Virus record (IMG/VR): IMGVR_UViG_3300037225_000328
Coordinates: 45,793 to 109,792 of that record
DNA from: a virus
Lineage: Duplodnaviria > Heunggongvirae > Uroviricota > Caudoviricetes
Reading direction: 5' to 3' (one strand)
Length of the DNA: 64,000 bases
A program made the translations under genes and the position numbers. Under the pieces are notes generated by a model, which had not been told where the DNA came from, did no database searches, and saw only the letters and a program-made list of their open reading frames with translations. This document shows positions 38,901 to 49,024 of the stretch, in pieces (position 1 is the stretch's first letter; each line of letters starts with the position of its first letter).

Positions 38901-39338
38901 AGCACTAAAACCAATTTCCTGATCTTGTAATTGATTTATTACAGAAAATGTTAGTGTTCGGTCATGTTCATTCCATGAAATGGGTGTACAGATTTGTCCA
39001 GAAAAAACAAGAAACTTATCAGTCCAATCTAAACCCTCAAACCACTGCCAAATTTTAGCCGGTTGTAAATGAAGATCATAGCTATTAAAAACATTCTTAA
39101 TGGCCCCATCAGTATCATCAAGTTTTATTTCAATTGTTTGTGATGAACCAACTTGGTCTAAACTCACAACATCATCAAGACTACCGATCTCTAAAATTCT
39201 TCCAATAGCTTGTGGGATTGTTTTATCGGCATACCAACTTGAGGATCCTGAAACCCATTGAACCTCCAAAATATTGATAGGAGCATTGCCGAATTTTGAG
39301 GTAATTTTTGTCAGTGCTGTAGGACTTAAATTACGCAT
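35982..39338 (-). CDS. large tail fibre/baseplate structural protein with a Gly/Ser linker
   Basis: 1118 aa, Thr/Asn/Gly-rich, with a (G)n-SSGS-(G)n linker and a Gly-rich C-terminus. Position is in the tail module. Confidence 0.5.
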   Translation of the reverse strand: MRNLSPTALTKITSKFGNAPINILEVQWVSGSSSWYADKTIPQAIGRILEIGSLDDVVSLDQVGSSQTIEIKLDDTDGAIKNVFNSYDLHLQPAKIWQWFEGLDWTDKFLVFSGQICTPISWNEHDRTLTFSVINQLQDQEIGFSAEEGEFPWVPADLVGSPWPMAFGTVLDYPALQITKAIKGVLTTGVGIVSGTNNIGTWAANNQQVDTDTAETDEPDTRVAEIQLDFLKQCADAYSVAADFLSSRIPKTADQYTKKASEIDDQISKVEQQIQDQYDKWATQQDDRRKQQQQAQARASCRATSHAAKSKSEASKGSGPDVVQIIGGEDFPQNVTLTLNIGGGLFTGSFSGATGTDPTGTALFTITSRYHPDNQDKANEDAGSSFSPGCPTEDSIVADDAPEDSYVQIGGQLIPTPFSDPGAGIHFHFEMQIPVMQGAVVIISGGGGGSSGSGGGGGGGGSSGSGGGGGGSIVDNRKLVMGTIVADGILPSAQKDKAHKNHSGGGHPDTSSSYTPQSFWADPGTNVTIASDESLTYIASIVPGTILSVKAYKQPPGQARVLTALPTNYYTVKTVNYGAVNPNSRYPVTAVQIILTRPLSSYVDFPTYIINSDGTITLNNNLTDQLAQAQALTPTADLEADTSEGWEDTLYVTFHSSVGPNIVDILIYLIQQYTSLRWDTASFNVVKTKLANFPANFPILDRKNIIQVLNEIAFQARCALYLKDRVFFIKYIAEEPTVDSIITLNDIDFETGIEVDLTTASTSTSASTEDIVTKDTVNWHMTWDEDSENHIILRHNVKKYGLFEESYDMYIYNQPDIVYKVATFWMIRKSNTWKRVKFSTFLQKLNIETFDTVLLNFGDKKYVSNDPVKAIVMSAQYNSDKYTIDFECLTPLKSGTMTPYPFFWPASLPPGTKFPTAQEIAEGYAGGAGFETFAVGILPVGYVPTTPGVIFIGGTNIGFGPHADYGDRNPTDVGFVPKAVMISNPFYSPVGRPKFNASLPHIDPETIMLSPFDKLDLAPIPAGVFNDYIDLHNTDVYDPNTQALSTLDTFFKKIDPDTNYLLGDTLAYWDDDTNTPTNFDFRYDEEGQQFGAGTAFLQPDNSGGGGGGGPSGSSGAGP

Positions 39339-39817
39339 TATAGTTCATCCTCATAGCCTTTAGGCACAACTTCAAATTCAAACTGAATGGAGGTATAATC
39401 TGATCCTACAGCGGGAGAAGGGCAACGAGATGATTGACCTCCTCCAGCTTCATCGGTTGTAAATTCAAATGGGCTATTGACTGCATACCCCACCCACTCA
39501 TTATTTAACCAATCTTTAACATATATCCGGGAAGCATAATATGAACGAAAAAATGCCTCAAGTTCTAATGCCTTATGAAAAGTCATTTTTACTGAAAATA
39601 GCAAACGGCGTCTATGATTTTGGTGTTTTACGTAGGTATAAAGTGCTCCATTGACGGCCCGTTTAATAGTGACCTCATCTTTTAGATTATAAGAATCATT
39701 CCAATCTGGACTTGGCAGAATGGATGTTGTTTGATTCAGGGGATAAGGGGCTGAAAATTGAATTGACATATTAATTAAGTTGATAAGTTGCCGTATTATC
39801 GAATGAAGAAGCGCCAC
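39338..39817 (-). CDS. tail/baseplate-associated protein
   Basis: 159-aa ORF; ATGA coupling within the tail module. Confidence 0.4.
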   Translation of the reverse strand: MALLHSIIRQLINLINMSIQFSAPYPLNQTTSILPSPDWNDSYNLKDEVTIKRAVNGALYTYVKHQNHRRRLLFSVKMTFHKALELEAFFRSYYASRIYVKDWLNNEWVGYAVNSPFEFTTDEAGGGQSSRCPSPAVGSDYTSIQFEFEVVPKGYEDEL

Positions 39818-42041
39818 TATTTAAATCTAACTCGCCACTAGCAGAGTGTATTACAACATCTTCAAGGTGTTGAATATTGATAAAATCAAAGAGATTCTTA
39901 GGATAAACTGCGTTTCGCTGAAGGATATCAGTAATTGGAAAATTAGATTCAGGCTGTCGATCAAAGAAGCCCTGTCGATTTGTATTACTATCAAAACTTA
40001 ATGGAGTTGATACATCTAATGGATACTCATGAGTAGTAATTTCAAAATGAACAGTAATGGAGTTATTTTCAATACCATTTCTTACTACTGGATCTTGTAT
40101 ATTAGTAATAACCCCTCTAAAGATTCGCCCCAACCAATCCCTAAAACCAATTTCTTGGCCTAGTGTGTCATCAAGAAATTGAAGAAATAGTTGAGTTGAA
40201 GCTTCAGTTAATGCAGTAAACGACATAACCATTGTGGTATCTTTGGGCCAACCTGGGTCGGCAAAGATAATCAATCGTCCTGCCCGTGTATTTCTATTAA
40301 TGCGTTGGAACATTAATTGATCTTTATTTCCGTAATCAGGTTTTCGGTGGGTAATCCATTCATAGATTGTTGCTGCTTCAAATGGATAATAGAATCGCAC
40401 ACCATCGGAATCAATTAATGTCGGTTCATCTGGAGACGGTGGAACAGGATAGCCTAATGTATCTTTATTCCCAACAAATGGATGATATTGTTTTCGGACA
40501 TCCTCATCTGTACTATAACCAAGACCACTAGAAAGAGCAATCTCGGTTATTGCTTGAAGTGAATTTCGTACAACATTTACTGTTGCAATATTATCAAATG
40601 GAAGTTGTTGAACCGCATCGGGGCCAGTAAAGGAACTTAATGACTGACCGAAGTTTACTTGAGTTTCAGCAGTAGCAAATGGTCCTAGATTTGCATAGTG
40701 GTCGAGTATTAAAGTCGTAGTTGCTGAGGCAGCAATAGCACTCGCTTTTAAATTAACAACTGATACAAAATGATTTGTTTGTAGATACTGATTTAAATGG
40801 GAGTTTTGTTTAACATTACAAATAACCTGTTGATCTAAACCAACGTAAGATATAATATATTGTAATGTATCAGGATCAAGTGTTAAGATTTTAGTGATAA
40901 GTTCTGACTTAGCACTAATATAATTTGGTTTTATAACCTGGACGGTTTGAGTTAAAGGAACCTGTTGTAATGGAACTGCAATATTATGGGTTATACTACT
41001 AGGAACAGCTATTTGACCCAGTAATAAAGGAGTTATTGCAGTAGCAGAATGGAAACTTTGTCTAACACTTTGAGTCAAGACAATTTGTGTTGAACATGAT
41101 TCTTTTATCAATCCCCGATCAACACTGTGATCCAATGTAAGTTGAGATGATACCCGTAACAGCCGGTCATAACTTGTGTTGCTATTAAAAGGTAGTGCGG
41201 TAGTTACAGTTCTAACTTTAACCCGAGTATCGGCATTTTGATTGTACGTTAAAGCTGTAAAAACTGAAACATATTTAGGGCCAATATAAGATAAAGTTTG
41301 ACCCAATGAAAGTGCGGTTGTTACTGTCTTATTAATTTGAACTGGTACTCTTGCAACTGTATTTAAAATAAGTTGAGAGGTAGCAATTGCAAACTGTGGA
41401 CCAACATATGTTGTTGTTTGTCCAAGAGTTAAAGCATGGGATAATGATTTGGTAATTGTTCGATTATGGCCAATAACTTGTTGAGTAAATGCTATCGGAG
41501 ATATAACAGTTTTCCGAAGAGTACCAACGTGGGCTGATGCAGTTTGGCCAAGTGACAGTGTTGTTGTAGCAGTTCTAGGAGTTGGTACAATCTGAGTTTG
41601 AGTTAATTGTTGAGTAAAGGCAACTGAATTACTTATATTATAGTGTACCGAGCCATGAAGAGCGACTAATTGAGTTAGTGGAAAGTTAGTAGAAACAGAT
41701 TTGGTATGAAGATTTGATATAACGGCTGATTGCGTTAATGATAAAGCGCTGGTTACTAAATGCCCTACATATGCAACACTAATATCTTGACCAAAAGTAG
41801 TTGCGGTCGCTAGCGACCGCAACCAATTACTGCCACTTAAAGCAAGAGTATCATTAAAAGCGGTAGCTGTATCAACACTCAATTGTCCATTATGCAGAAC
41901 ATTTAAACTATCACCAAATGTTATAGGAGTGATAAGTTCATATGCTGGCCCCAATACTTCAACATATTGTTGAGTAACTCGGAGCGCACCGCTACCGGGG
42001 CCTAATACTTCAACATATTGTTGAGTAGTTCTAAGAGCCAT
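39771..42041 (-). CDS. repetitive tail fibre-like protein
   Basis: Many roughly 20-aa repeats (T..ALSLGQT..Y.GP); N-terminal 17-aa tandem duplication. Confidence 0.5.
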   Translation of the reverse strand: MALRTTQQYVEVLGPGSGALRVTQQYVEVLGPAYELITPITFGDSLNVLHNGQLSVDTATAFNDTLALSGSNWLRSLATATTFGQDISVAYVGHLVTSALSLTQSAVISNLHTKSVSTNFPLTQLVALHGSVHYNISNSVAFTQQLTQTQIVPTPRTATTTLSLGQTASAHVGTLRKTVISPIAFTQQVIGHNRTITKSLSHALTLGQTTTYVGPQFAIATSQLILNTVARVPVQINKTVTTALSLGQTLSYIGPKYVSVFTALTYNQNADTRVKVRTVTTALPFNSNTSYDRLLRVSSQLTLDHSVDRGLIKESCSTQIVLTQSVRQSFHSATAITPLLLGQIAVPSSITHNIAVPLQQVPLTQTVQVIKPNYISAKSELITKILTLDPDTLQYIISYVGLDQQVICNVKQNSHLNQYLQTNHFVSVVNLKASAIAASATTTLILDHYANLGPFATAETQVNFGQSLSSFTGPDAVQQLPFDNIATVNVVRNSLQAITEIALSSGLGYSTDEDVRKQYHPFVGNKDTLGYPVPPSPDEPTLIDSDGVRFYYPFEAATIYEWITHRKPDYGNKDQLMFQRINRNTRAGRLIIFADPGWPKDTTMVMSFTALTEASTQLFLQFLDDTLGQEIGFRDWLGRIFRGVITNIQDPVVRNGIENNSITVHFEITTHEYPLDVSTPLSFDSNTNRQGFFDRQPESNFPITDILQRNAVYPKNLFDFINIQHLEDVVIHSASGELDLNSGASSFDNTATYQLN

Positions 42042-43102
42042 TAGACAGCCTCAATACCAAATTGTGCCGCATTGACAGTAGTTTGTGTCCAGGCAGCATT
42101 TGCATTTCCTGGATCACCTTCTAACATTCTAGTTTTTAAGGTGTATGAGTTAGCAGTTAATCCCTGACCAGTATCACTATTATCTGTTCCATTAGATTTA
42201 CAGTGTGTATATAGAGAATATGAATTAGCATCTGTTAATTCTGCCACTGTACTTATTTGTATGCCTTTAATATTGGTCGCAATAACTGATAAATCGTCAT
42301 AGTTATATAAATCTTCATTTGTTGAGACAGTTGTTTGAACATAACTTGTTGTATCATACTGGGACTCATTTACTCTTGCATAGTTACTACCCGAGTCTGG
42401 AGTAAATTGTGTTATATCTCCTGAAGCATTAGGACGTAAGGTTGAAACTCTCATATTGCCTAAAAAGTCATTATTTACTGAGCCAGTAGCATCAAGAAAA
42501 TAAAGATCATCAAAATAATTTTCTACACTTCCAGATATACCCATCCCCGAGATGTAAAAACCATCATGATATGAATGTGTTCCTTGTTTAGTATTTGCAC
42601 TAGCACTTGTTAATCCAGCAATTGTATTTCCATTAATTCGAGTTTCGTAAGTCCCTCCTGATGTAGCGCATTTAACTTTTAATTCAAAATAGTACCAAGC
42701 GCCGGTAACAATTCCCACACTTATAGGGCCTGCAAGACTCGAACCACCTCGATATATATAAAGTTGACCGCTTGTATTCATTTGTAAATTTACGCCAAGG
42801 GTGGTATCATCATACAATGAAATAAAATTAACCGGACCTACTCCTGGAAGGGAGTTAAATTTAATAGCAACACCAATAACAACAGTATCACTATTTGTCC
42901 AATCTGGACTTTTTACTACTCCAAGATCCGTATAAAGTCCATAGATAATACTTAATGAATGACCACCTAAGCGTCCATCCCTAACTTTCATTATAGTAGG
43001 AACGGCTGCTGTATATTTAAGTCCTACAACACCAGTTGGAAGCGGCGCACTTCCAACACTGTCGCCGTAAGAGTCAAAACCATCAATCCAAAGTAGGGCC
43101 AT
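42041..43102 (-). CDS. tail-associated structural protein
   Basis: 353 aa, Thr/Ser/Asn/Gly-rich, in the tail module. Confidence 0.4.
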   Translation of the reverse strand: MALLWIDGFDSYGDSVGSAPLPTGVVGLKYTAAVPTIMKVRDGRLGGHSLSIIYGLYTDLGVVKSPDWTNSDTVVIGVAIKFNSLPGVGPVNFISLYDDTTLGVNLQMNTSGQLYIYRGGSSLAGPISVGIVTGAWYYFELKVKCATSGGTYETRINGNTIAGLTSASANTKQGTHSYHDGFYISGMGISGSVENYFDDLYFLDATGSVNNDFLGNMRVSTLRPNASGDITQFTPDSGSNYARVNESQYDTTSYVQTTVSTNEDLYNYDDLSVIATNIKGIQISTVAELTDANSYSLYTHCKSNGTDNSDTGQGLTANSYTLKTRMLEGDPGNANAAWTQTTVNAAQFGIEAV

Positions 43103-43121
43103 AAAGTCACCTTTATATTAA

Positions 43122-43152
43122 CCGGCAGGGTGGGTTTTACCCCACCCGCCGG
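43122..43152 (-). other. GC-rich hairpin in an intergenic spacer (possible attenuator or RNA stability element)
   Basis: The gggtggg/cccaccc stem extends through ccggc/gccgg with a 1-nt bulge. The following U-tract is weak. Confidence 0.3.
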
Positions 43153-43182
43153 GCTGACGAGGGAGAGATTTGTTGCATCCAA

Positions 43183-43785
43183 TTAGGATGTGATAGTGTA
43201 AGTGACCTTGAGTTGGTCTCCATTTTGCACCGAGACAGAGCTACTAAAATCAGCGGTAGCCCATAATGTTCCACCACCAGCCGCATCATTCTTGGTATTG
43301 GCAGCAGTGCCACCACCAGCCACCAAGACGCCGTGTACGGTCCCGTTGGCTGTGATATTATAAATCATCGCGGAACTGTTTGTCATGCTTGGAGGAGCCC
43401 CAGAAGCCGCCCCTTCCGGCCATTCGGGACGGGTTAGCGTATTATCAGCATTGTTAGCATCCGTATAGTTAGTAAATTCCTTCCATTGGTTTGCTCCATT
43501 AATCTGAGCATATGTATCGGTAGCAGCCTCAGCCGTAAAGTTGGCATTGTCTACTAAACCTGTGAACCAGGTGGCAATTTGTGTAGTATTGTGGAAGCCA
43601 ACGTTCAAAAGCTTTGCCTTGCCTTCATTAGTCAAACCATTGTTGACTTCAAATTCGTTGATTTTTTCTCCATCCCGCCAGTGTTCAATACGGACACGGC
43701 CACGAAGACTGGTCGGTGTGACTACTGGTTTGGCGGCCCGAACAACTTCGCATCCCGCCGTTTGAGCAATTTCTAATCGGTTCAT
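43183..43785 (-). CDS. tail-associated structural protein
   Basis: 200 aa, Thr/Asn/Gly-rich, immediately downstream of the tape measure. Confidence 0.4.
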   Translation of the reverse strand: MNRLEIAQTAGCEVVRAAKPVVTPTSLRGRVRIEHWRDGEKINEFEVNNGLTNEGKAKLLNVGFHNTTQIATWFTGLVDNANFTAEAATDTYAQINGANQWKEFTNYTDANNADNTLTRPEWPEGAASGAPPSMTNSSAMIYNITANGTVHGVLVAGGGTAANTKNDAAGGGTLWATADFSSSVSVQNGDQLKVTYTITS

Positions 43786-43802
43786 AAGAATCTCCTGTTA
43801 AA

Positions 43803-46800
43803 CTATAGTTTACTCGTCCCTCGCCGCAACTCACGACGAAGTGCGGTCGCAATTTCACGAGCAGTTTGCCGACTTGGACCACCGCCAGTAACACTTACAT
43901 TAATATCACCGAAGTTGGTTACTGAACCACCCTCTGCGCGCCCTTGTGGGGCCAAGCCAGCGTTCATTCCCACAAGTTGGCTATAAAATCTCCGTGAAGC
44001 TTGTGCATTCATTACAAATTCACCTGGAGTTAACATAACGGGTACGGTATCCGTTCCTCTTCCACCCATTGCTAGACCTCGTATTGATCCACCAAAAGCT
44101 GCAAATTGGCCTCCACTAGCTTGAGCCATTGCATCCGCCGCAGACCAAGCATATGAAGCAACTTCAGCCAGTGTACTAGCTAGATCAGAAGCAGCACTAT
44201 CAGAACTTGAAATATTTCGATCTAATTGAGCGGCTCCATCACTAGCACCTTTACTTGCATCCTTTACTCCACCCATAGCTTTTTCAAGTGCAGCCGCCCC
44301 TTCAGGCATTTTCAATAATTCGGCTCGGATGCCTTGGAAGAATTGCAGTATTGCATCTCGTTTTTGTTCTAAGGCTTGGAGCGAATTTTCGTCAAAACCT
44401 AGAGAAAGTTTCTTTTCTCGAAGTTCACTTTCCTGTGTAACAATATTAGAAAGAAGTTTTTGTATTCCGGCAAGATTTGATTGTAATTCCGGGTGTCGAG
44501 TTAATTCAGCATTGAAGGTTTTTTGATATGCTGTAAGTTTACTAAAGGCATCAACAATTGCATTATAACTTTCCGCAGTCCCAGGTGGAAGTTTTAATGC
44601 TTCTTGTGTTTGTTTTAAAATCTCATTATAACTTGCCCGAAATTCTTCGAGTTTCTTAACAACACCTGGACCAGCAAATGGACTTGCTTCCATGAATGTT
44701 GGAGAAATTCGAGTTTTTTGATACATAGTATCTATTCGGTCTGTAAGTTCCTTTGCAGCCGTTCCCGCTATTTTCATTCCAGCAGCATATGAATCTAATT
44801 GAGTGCGCTGTTGTTGAATTTCACTGGTTAATCGACTTAATTCTGTGCTCCAATCCGGTAGTCGCATTGTTGCAAAATCAGGAAATAATTTTTTCATTGA
44901 TTCTGGAACAAGTTTTGAAAACCCTAAGAATTGCGCATTAAACTTTGTAAAGTCAGCTTCAATTTGAACTTTGATTGATGGTAATTGGGCACCAAATGCT
45001 GCAATCTTGGAAGCAAGATCCAAAAGACCTAGCTGTTGAGCCATGTCTAGTTTTTTACCACCTAGACTTCGTTCAATAATAGCAGGCAATCGACCCATTG
45101 CCTCTTCAGCTTTTTTAAATCCTGCCTCCATTTGTTCAGGAGATTTTGCCCCCTCTGTATTATATCTCTTCAAACCTTCTGTTATCTCGGCAACCGCTTG
45201 CTTCATATCCTCATAAACCTGTCGCTCAATAGGCGCTCGGGCTTCTGCGGCAGCTTGTTCTTGTGAGATTAACTGTCTACGCTGATTTATTACAGCATTT
45301 AATGCAGTATAATAGTTTCGTTCACGGTTATGGTAGCTTTCTAGCATACTACCAGAATAACCCATTTGAATAGCTTGGTCGGTAGCATTTTTAGCATACT
45401 TGCCACCTTCTTCAATTAATTGTTTTGCAGCATTTATTTCTTCTTCTGTTTTAGCAATTCTCAGGTTTGAAAGCCCCAATGTCATTAGACTTTCTGCCTG
45501 GTCAGATTTCATTTTTAATTGAACCCATTCAGTTTGACCTAGTAATCTAAATTGGAACTCTCGGTCCAAATAGGTCATATTTTGCTTGCTCTGCTCCTGA
45601 TTTAATTCCTGTTGTTTCTTTATTGAGCCAGCAATAATAGTATCTAAATGTTGAATGACACTTTCTTCTGCTTTTAGCATATCATTTAAGCGAGAATGAA
45701 TTGTGTCAACAAATGCCTTATTCTGAGATTGCAATGCACTATTTAAAGGTTGCATTAGTAATGTCATTGCTGAAACAACTTGCTGAGCCTCTTTATTTTG
45801 TTGAGTATCAGCTTGTCGTAATAAATCTCGTTGTTTTGCAAGAAACTTTGAAAGTTCTGCTAATTGCTTTTCTTGGGAGTCTTTTTGTTTTTGGAGTTCC
45901 TTACCCCAGTCCATAGTTGAAGGTTTTATAAGTTCACCGATAGCAAAACCAGCAGCAAATGCAGCAAAATAAGGATTAATGCCAAGAATCATGGCTTTTA
46001 AACCAGCCAAGGCACTTGTAGCAGTTGTTGCACCAGTAGCAAAGGTAGTGAAAAATCTTGTAACTCCAATACCTACTAATAGGGTTAGAGCCCCTCGTAA
46101 TAAATCTACATTTTTAACAATAGCTGTAAAGCCTTCAGCAAGTAATATTAATGAAGGTAATAGTCTTGCACCTGTATCCATAAAGGTATTTTTTAACTCA
46201 GTCCAAGCTTTTTCAGCTTGTTTTGCTGGGGTATCTAAGACAAGTTTTGCCGCAGCTTCAACAACACCCTCTTGGGCATTTTTCATAGCATTAAAATTTT
46301 CAGCCAATTTCTGGGCGTGGCCGCCAGTAGTTTGTAACACACCGGTCATTGCCCGAATATTTTTGAAGAATTCTGACATTTCCTGAGTGCTGCCGTGGGC
46401 ATGTTCACTTAGATTCTGTAATAATGGAACTAAACCACCAAAGAGGGTTATTGCCTGTTGTGCGTTTTCAACGCCCCACTCTGATTTCATCAAATCTTTT
46501 AGTTCTTTTGTTGGTTTTAATAGCTGATTAAAAACTGCTCGTAATTGAGTAGCCGCTGTATCAACTTTAACACCAGCAATTGTCATGGTGTCCATTGTTG
46601 CCATAACTTCTTCAAAACTAGCACCCATCTCCTTAGCAACTGGAAGTACCCGGCCTAGAGTATCGGCTAACTCATTAGCATGGTATCGACCACGTTGAAC
46701 CGCTGTAAATAGAACATCGGTAACATGAGCAGCATCCCCGGCTGCAAGGCCATAGCTATTTAATACGGCTGTTAAAGCTTTATCGGAATCAGCTAAACTA

Positions 46801-47726
46801 GTATTTGTTGCAATAGAAAATTTTAAGGCTTGGTCCAAAACCATAATAGATTCAGTAGTAGTTCCAACTCTAGCTGATAATTCTTGATAATAGCCTTCAG
46901 CAATGTCCTTGGCTGCTACACCATATTTATTTGACATTTCAATAATCGTATCGCCTAATTCTCGAATATCACCTTGGGTTTTCTTGAATGGGTCGCCCAT
47001 GATGGTGACATCTTCAGCGATTCGTTTTCCAAAATCGACAGATTCTCTAACTCCTTCTTGAAGTAAAGAAATAAATCCACGGATTAAAGTGTGGACAGCC
47101 GTGGCCTGCATAATCATATACATTTGCTGCCAAGAAAGACCAATGCCTCGGGTCGCATTGGCTGCTTCATTTGCCATTTGTTGGTGGGCAGTTTTAACCG
47201 ATTGAGCTAAATTGGCAGCTTTATTTGCTGCACCAGTCACTACTGTTCCATTATTATTCCAGGCAGCCGTGACTTGATCTAAAGAGAGTTTATTTGCGGA
47301 CGCAAATTGTGCTAAATTTGAAATAGCGCTTGCGTAAGCCCGTTTACTCGCGTCCGATGCCTTCATAGGAACAGATCCTAAAGCATCTCCTAATTGTTGA
47401 ATTTGTTGAACATAATTTGATAAATCTGGTGGTGGAGCATTTATGGCACCAACAGATGAGGTAGCTGCTTGTGCTTTGGATGATGCGGTTGCTGCCTGGG
47501 ATTGAGCATTAGTTAAAGCCTCAATAGCTTTTTTCGCTGCGGTGGCAGCATTTTCCATTGCTTTAAATTGGCTTACAGCCGTACCCCCGATCGAATTCCA
47601 TTGAGAAATAGAAGTCCCCGTATTACCCAACATCTCATTTAAAGATTGTAAGGCAGTATTAAGCAAATTAATATTTGCTATTGCCTGGGAGGCTTCAAAA
47701 CCTAAAGTTTGGGTAATATCAGGCAT
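43803..47726 (-). CDS. tail tape measure protein
   Basis: 1307 aa, Ala/Gln/Leu/Lys-rich and alpha-helical, with hydrophobic mid-region segments. Sits downstream of the capsid and major tail genes. Confidence 0.65.
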   Translation of the reverse strand: MPDITQTLGFEASQAIANINLLNTALQSLNEMLGNTGTSISQWNSIGGTAVSQFKAMENAATAAKKAIEALTNAQSQAATASSKAQAATSSVGAINAPPPDLSNYVQQIQQLGDALGSVPMKASDASKRAYASAISNLAQFASANKLSLDQVTAAWNNNGTVVTGAANKAANLAQSVKTAHQQMANEAANATRGIGLSWQQMYMIMQATAVHTLIRGFISLLQEGVRESVDFGKRIAEDVTIMGDPFKKTQGDIRELGDTIIEMSNKYGVAAKDIAEGYYQELSARVGTTTESIMVLDQALKFSIATNTSLADSDKALTAVLNSYGLAAGDAAHVTDVLFTAVQRGRYHANELADTLGRVLPVAKEMGASFEEVMATMDTMTIAGVKVDTAATQLRAVFNQLLKPTKELKDLMKSEWGVENAQQAITLFGGLVPLLQNLSEHAHGSTQEMSEFFKNIRAMTGVLQTTGGHAQKLAENFNAMKNAQEGVVEAAAKLVLDTPAKQAEKAWTELKNTFMDTGARLLPSLILLAEGFTAIVKNVDLLRGALTLLVGIGVTRFFTTFATGATTATSALAGLKAMILGINPYFAAFAAGFAIGELIKPSTMDWGKELQKQKDSQEKQLAELSKFLAKQRDLLRQADTQQNKEAQQVVSAMTLLMQPLNSALQSQNKAFVDTIHSRLNDMLKAEESVIQHLDTIIAGSIKKQQELNQEQSKQNMTYLDREFQFRLLGQTEWVQLKMKSDQAESLMTLGLSNLRIAKTEEEINAAKQLIEEGGKYAKNATDQAIQMGYSGSMLESYHNRERNYYTALNAVINQRRQLISQEQAAAEARAPIERQVYEDMKQAVAEITEGLKRYNTEGAKSPEQMEAGFKKAEEAMGRLPAIIERSLGGKKLDMAQQLGLLDLASKIAAFGAQLPSIKVQIEADFTKFNAQFLGFSKLVPESMKKLFPDFATMRLPDWSTELSRLTSEIQQQRTQLDSYAAGMKIAGTAAKELTDRIDTMYQKTRISPTFMEASPFAGPGVVKKLEEFRASYNEILKQTQEALKLPPGTAESYNAIVDAFSKLTAYQKTFNAELTRHPELQSNLAGIQKLLSNIVTQESELREKKLSLGFDENSLQALEQKRDAILQFFQGIRAELLKMPEGAAALEKAMGGVKDASKGASDGAAQLDRNISSSDSAASDLASTLAEVASYAWSAADAMAQASGGQFAAFGGSIRGLAMGGRGTDTVPVMLTPGEFVMNAQASRRFYSQLVGMNAGLAPQGRAEGGSVTNFGDINVSVTGGGPSRQTAREIATALRRELRRGTSKL

Positions 47727-47734
47727 ATTTTATC

Positions 47735-48298
47735 CTATAATATTGTTCGAGAACCATATCGTGAAACTGAAATTTTTACATGATCCCACGGATTGGGAAG
47801 ATGCGTTTCTCGGGCACTTTTTTCAAATGCTGCCGCGCCTTTAGCTTGAAAATGATATGGTCCAGGACGTTTTAATCGAGAAAAGACAGCCGAATCTCCG
47901 CCTTGATTAGCATCATTATATTCATTAAAAGTTAAATAATGTAAATCATTTGTGTATTCAAAATGATACTTGCCAGCGGTGGCATCAATTATCAACCGGC
48001 CAGTACCACATTGGGCTCCTAATGAAATTCTATTCAAAGCTGCGGCATGACCTGGGTGATTTTTTTCACCAGTTCCAGTCCATGCTACAGATTCAATAGG
48101 AATAGAAAATGAAATAATAGTAGCAAGTTGCAGGAATGTAGCGCGCGATGCTCCACTCCAAACAGGAATTACTGATAAAATGGTATTTATATATTCAAAG
48201 ACACCTTTAGCCAACGCTTCCATGAGAGTCTTATCCAAAGCCTTCATGTATGAAGCCAGATTTATTTGAGGCTTTTCAAAGGTCGCTGAGAATTTCAT
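47735..48298 (-). CDS. tail assembly-associated protein
   Basis: Position between the major tail and tape measure genes. Confidence 0.35.
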   Translation of the reverse strand: MKFSATFEKPQINLASYMKALDKTLMEALAKGVFEYINTILSVIPVWSGASRATFLQLATIISFSIPIESVAWTGTGEKNHPGHAAALNRISLGAQCGTGRLIIDATAGKYHFEYTNDLHYLTFNEYNDANQGGDSAVFSRLKRPGPYHFQAKGAAAFEKSARETHLPNPWDHVKISVSRYGSRTIL

Positions 48299-48428
48299 TG
48301 TACCGTGCCACCGTGAGATTTTATTTGAAACTCGTCCTCATCGTGGGATCTTACTTGATCATAAGCAAGTAATAAAGCTTGTGTCCAGACATCACAATTA
48401 TCCCATGTATCTCTAACGCCTGGTGGTT

Positions 48429-48977
48429 TTATGCTGAAGCGTTCACAGGCTCTCCAGACGGCATAGTCACCTGTTCTGTACTCTGGCCAGATGATTCTTC
48501 TGACTCCTTCACCTGACCACGTAAAAAAAGCTTTCGGGCTTCTTCAAGCTTTTTCTCATCCAGAGCATTAGCTTGCATAACACAGACAATAACTCGATTG
48601 ATTTCAATATTAGAAAGACCACCATCATGTAGATCCTTCATATAGTTAGTCCAGGTACTTGGATTATCTATATTAACGGTCGTCCATTCAATTTCACTGG
48701 GCTCCAGAGTTTTAATCACAAGATAAGCAAGACGCTTATTTTGATATGCCTCTAATACTGACTTATACCCCGGGTCATCAGGATTAGGTACAAATCCATC
48801 TTTTGTTCTCTTACCCGGAGGCTTGGGCTCAGGACAAAGTTTTTCAAATGTTTCCATATCAAGTACCGCTCGCGCACGGATAACAATCTGTTGATCACCA
48901 CGAGGCAATACTAAAAGTTCTTCATTGGGGCCTTTTACTTCGATACCACCGATTTTCATATTTTTCTCCCTTATCAA
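48429..48977 (-). CDS. tail assembly chaperone-like protein
   Basis: Position upstream of the tape measure. The probable true start is ATG 48959 with SD gggag (plus 48966-48970); the track start is a TTG. Confidence 0.4.
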   Translation of the reverse strand: MIREKNMKIGGIEVKGPNEELLVLPRGDQQIVIRARAVLDMETFEKLCPEPKPPGKRTKDGFVPNPDDPGYKSVLEAYQNKRLAYLVIKTLEPSEIEWTTVNIDNPSTWTNYMKDLHDGGLSNIEINRVIVCVMQANALDEKKLEEARKLFLRGQVKESEESSGQSTEQVTMPSGEPVNASA

Positions 48978-48982
48978 AACGT

Positions 48983-49016
48983 GAATTGAACCGGGTCATT
49001 TGACCCGGTTCAATTC
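48983..49016 (-). terminator. rho-independent terminator-like hairpin after the major tail gene
   Basis: Perfect palindrome gaattgaaccgggtca-tt-tgacccggttcaattc (16-bp arms), followed on the minus strand by ACGUUUUGAU. Confidence 0.5.
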
Positions 49017-49024
49017 GGTTTAAA

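Noticed and set aside
43122-43152. Hairpin as a bona fide intrinsic terminator
   Set aside because: The stem is strong, but the downstream U-tract is weak (UUAAUAUAAA). It is kept only as a low-confidence structural element.
47735-48977. Possible lambda G/GT-type programmed frameshift between the two genes upstream of the tape measure
   Set aside because: All three frames across the 130-nt gap (48299-48428) were translated. The frame of 47735..48298 opens only at about 48340, so there is no overlap with the upstream ORF and no slippery heptamer. A fusion is not supported from sequence.
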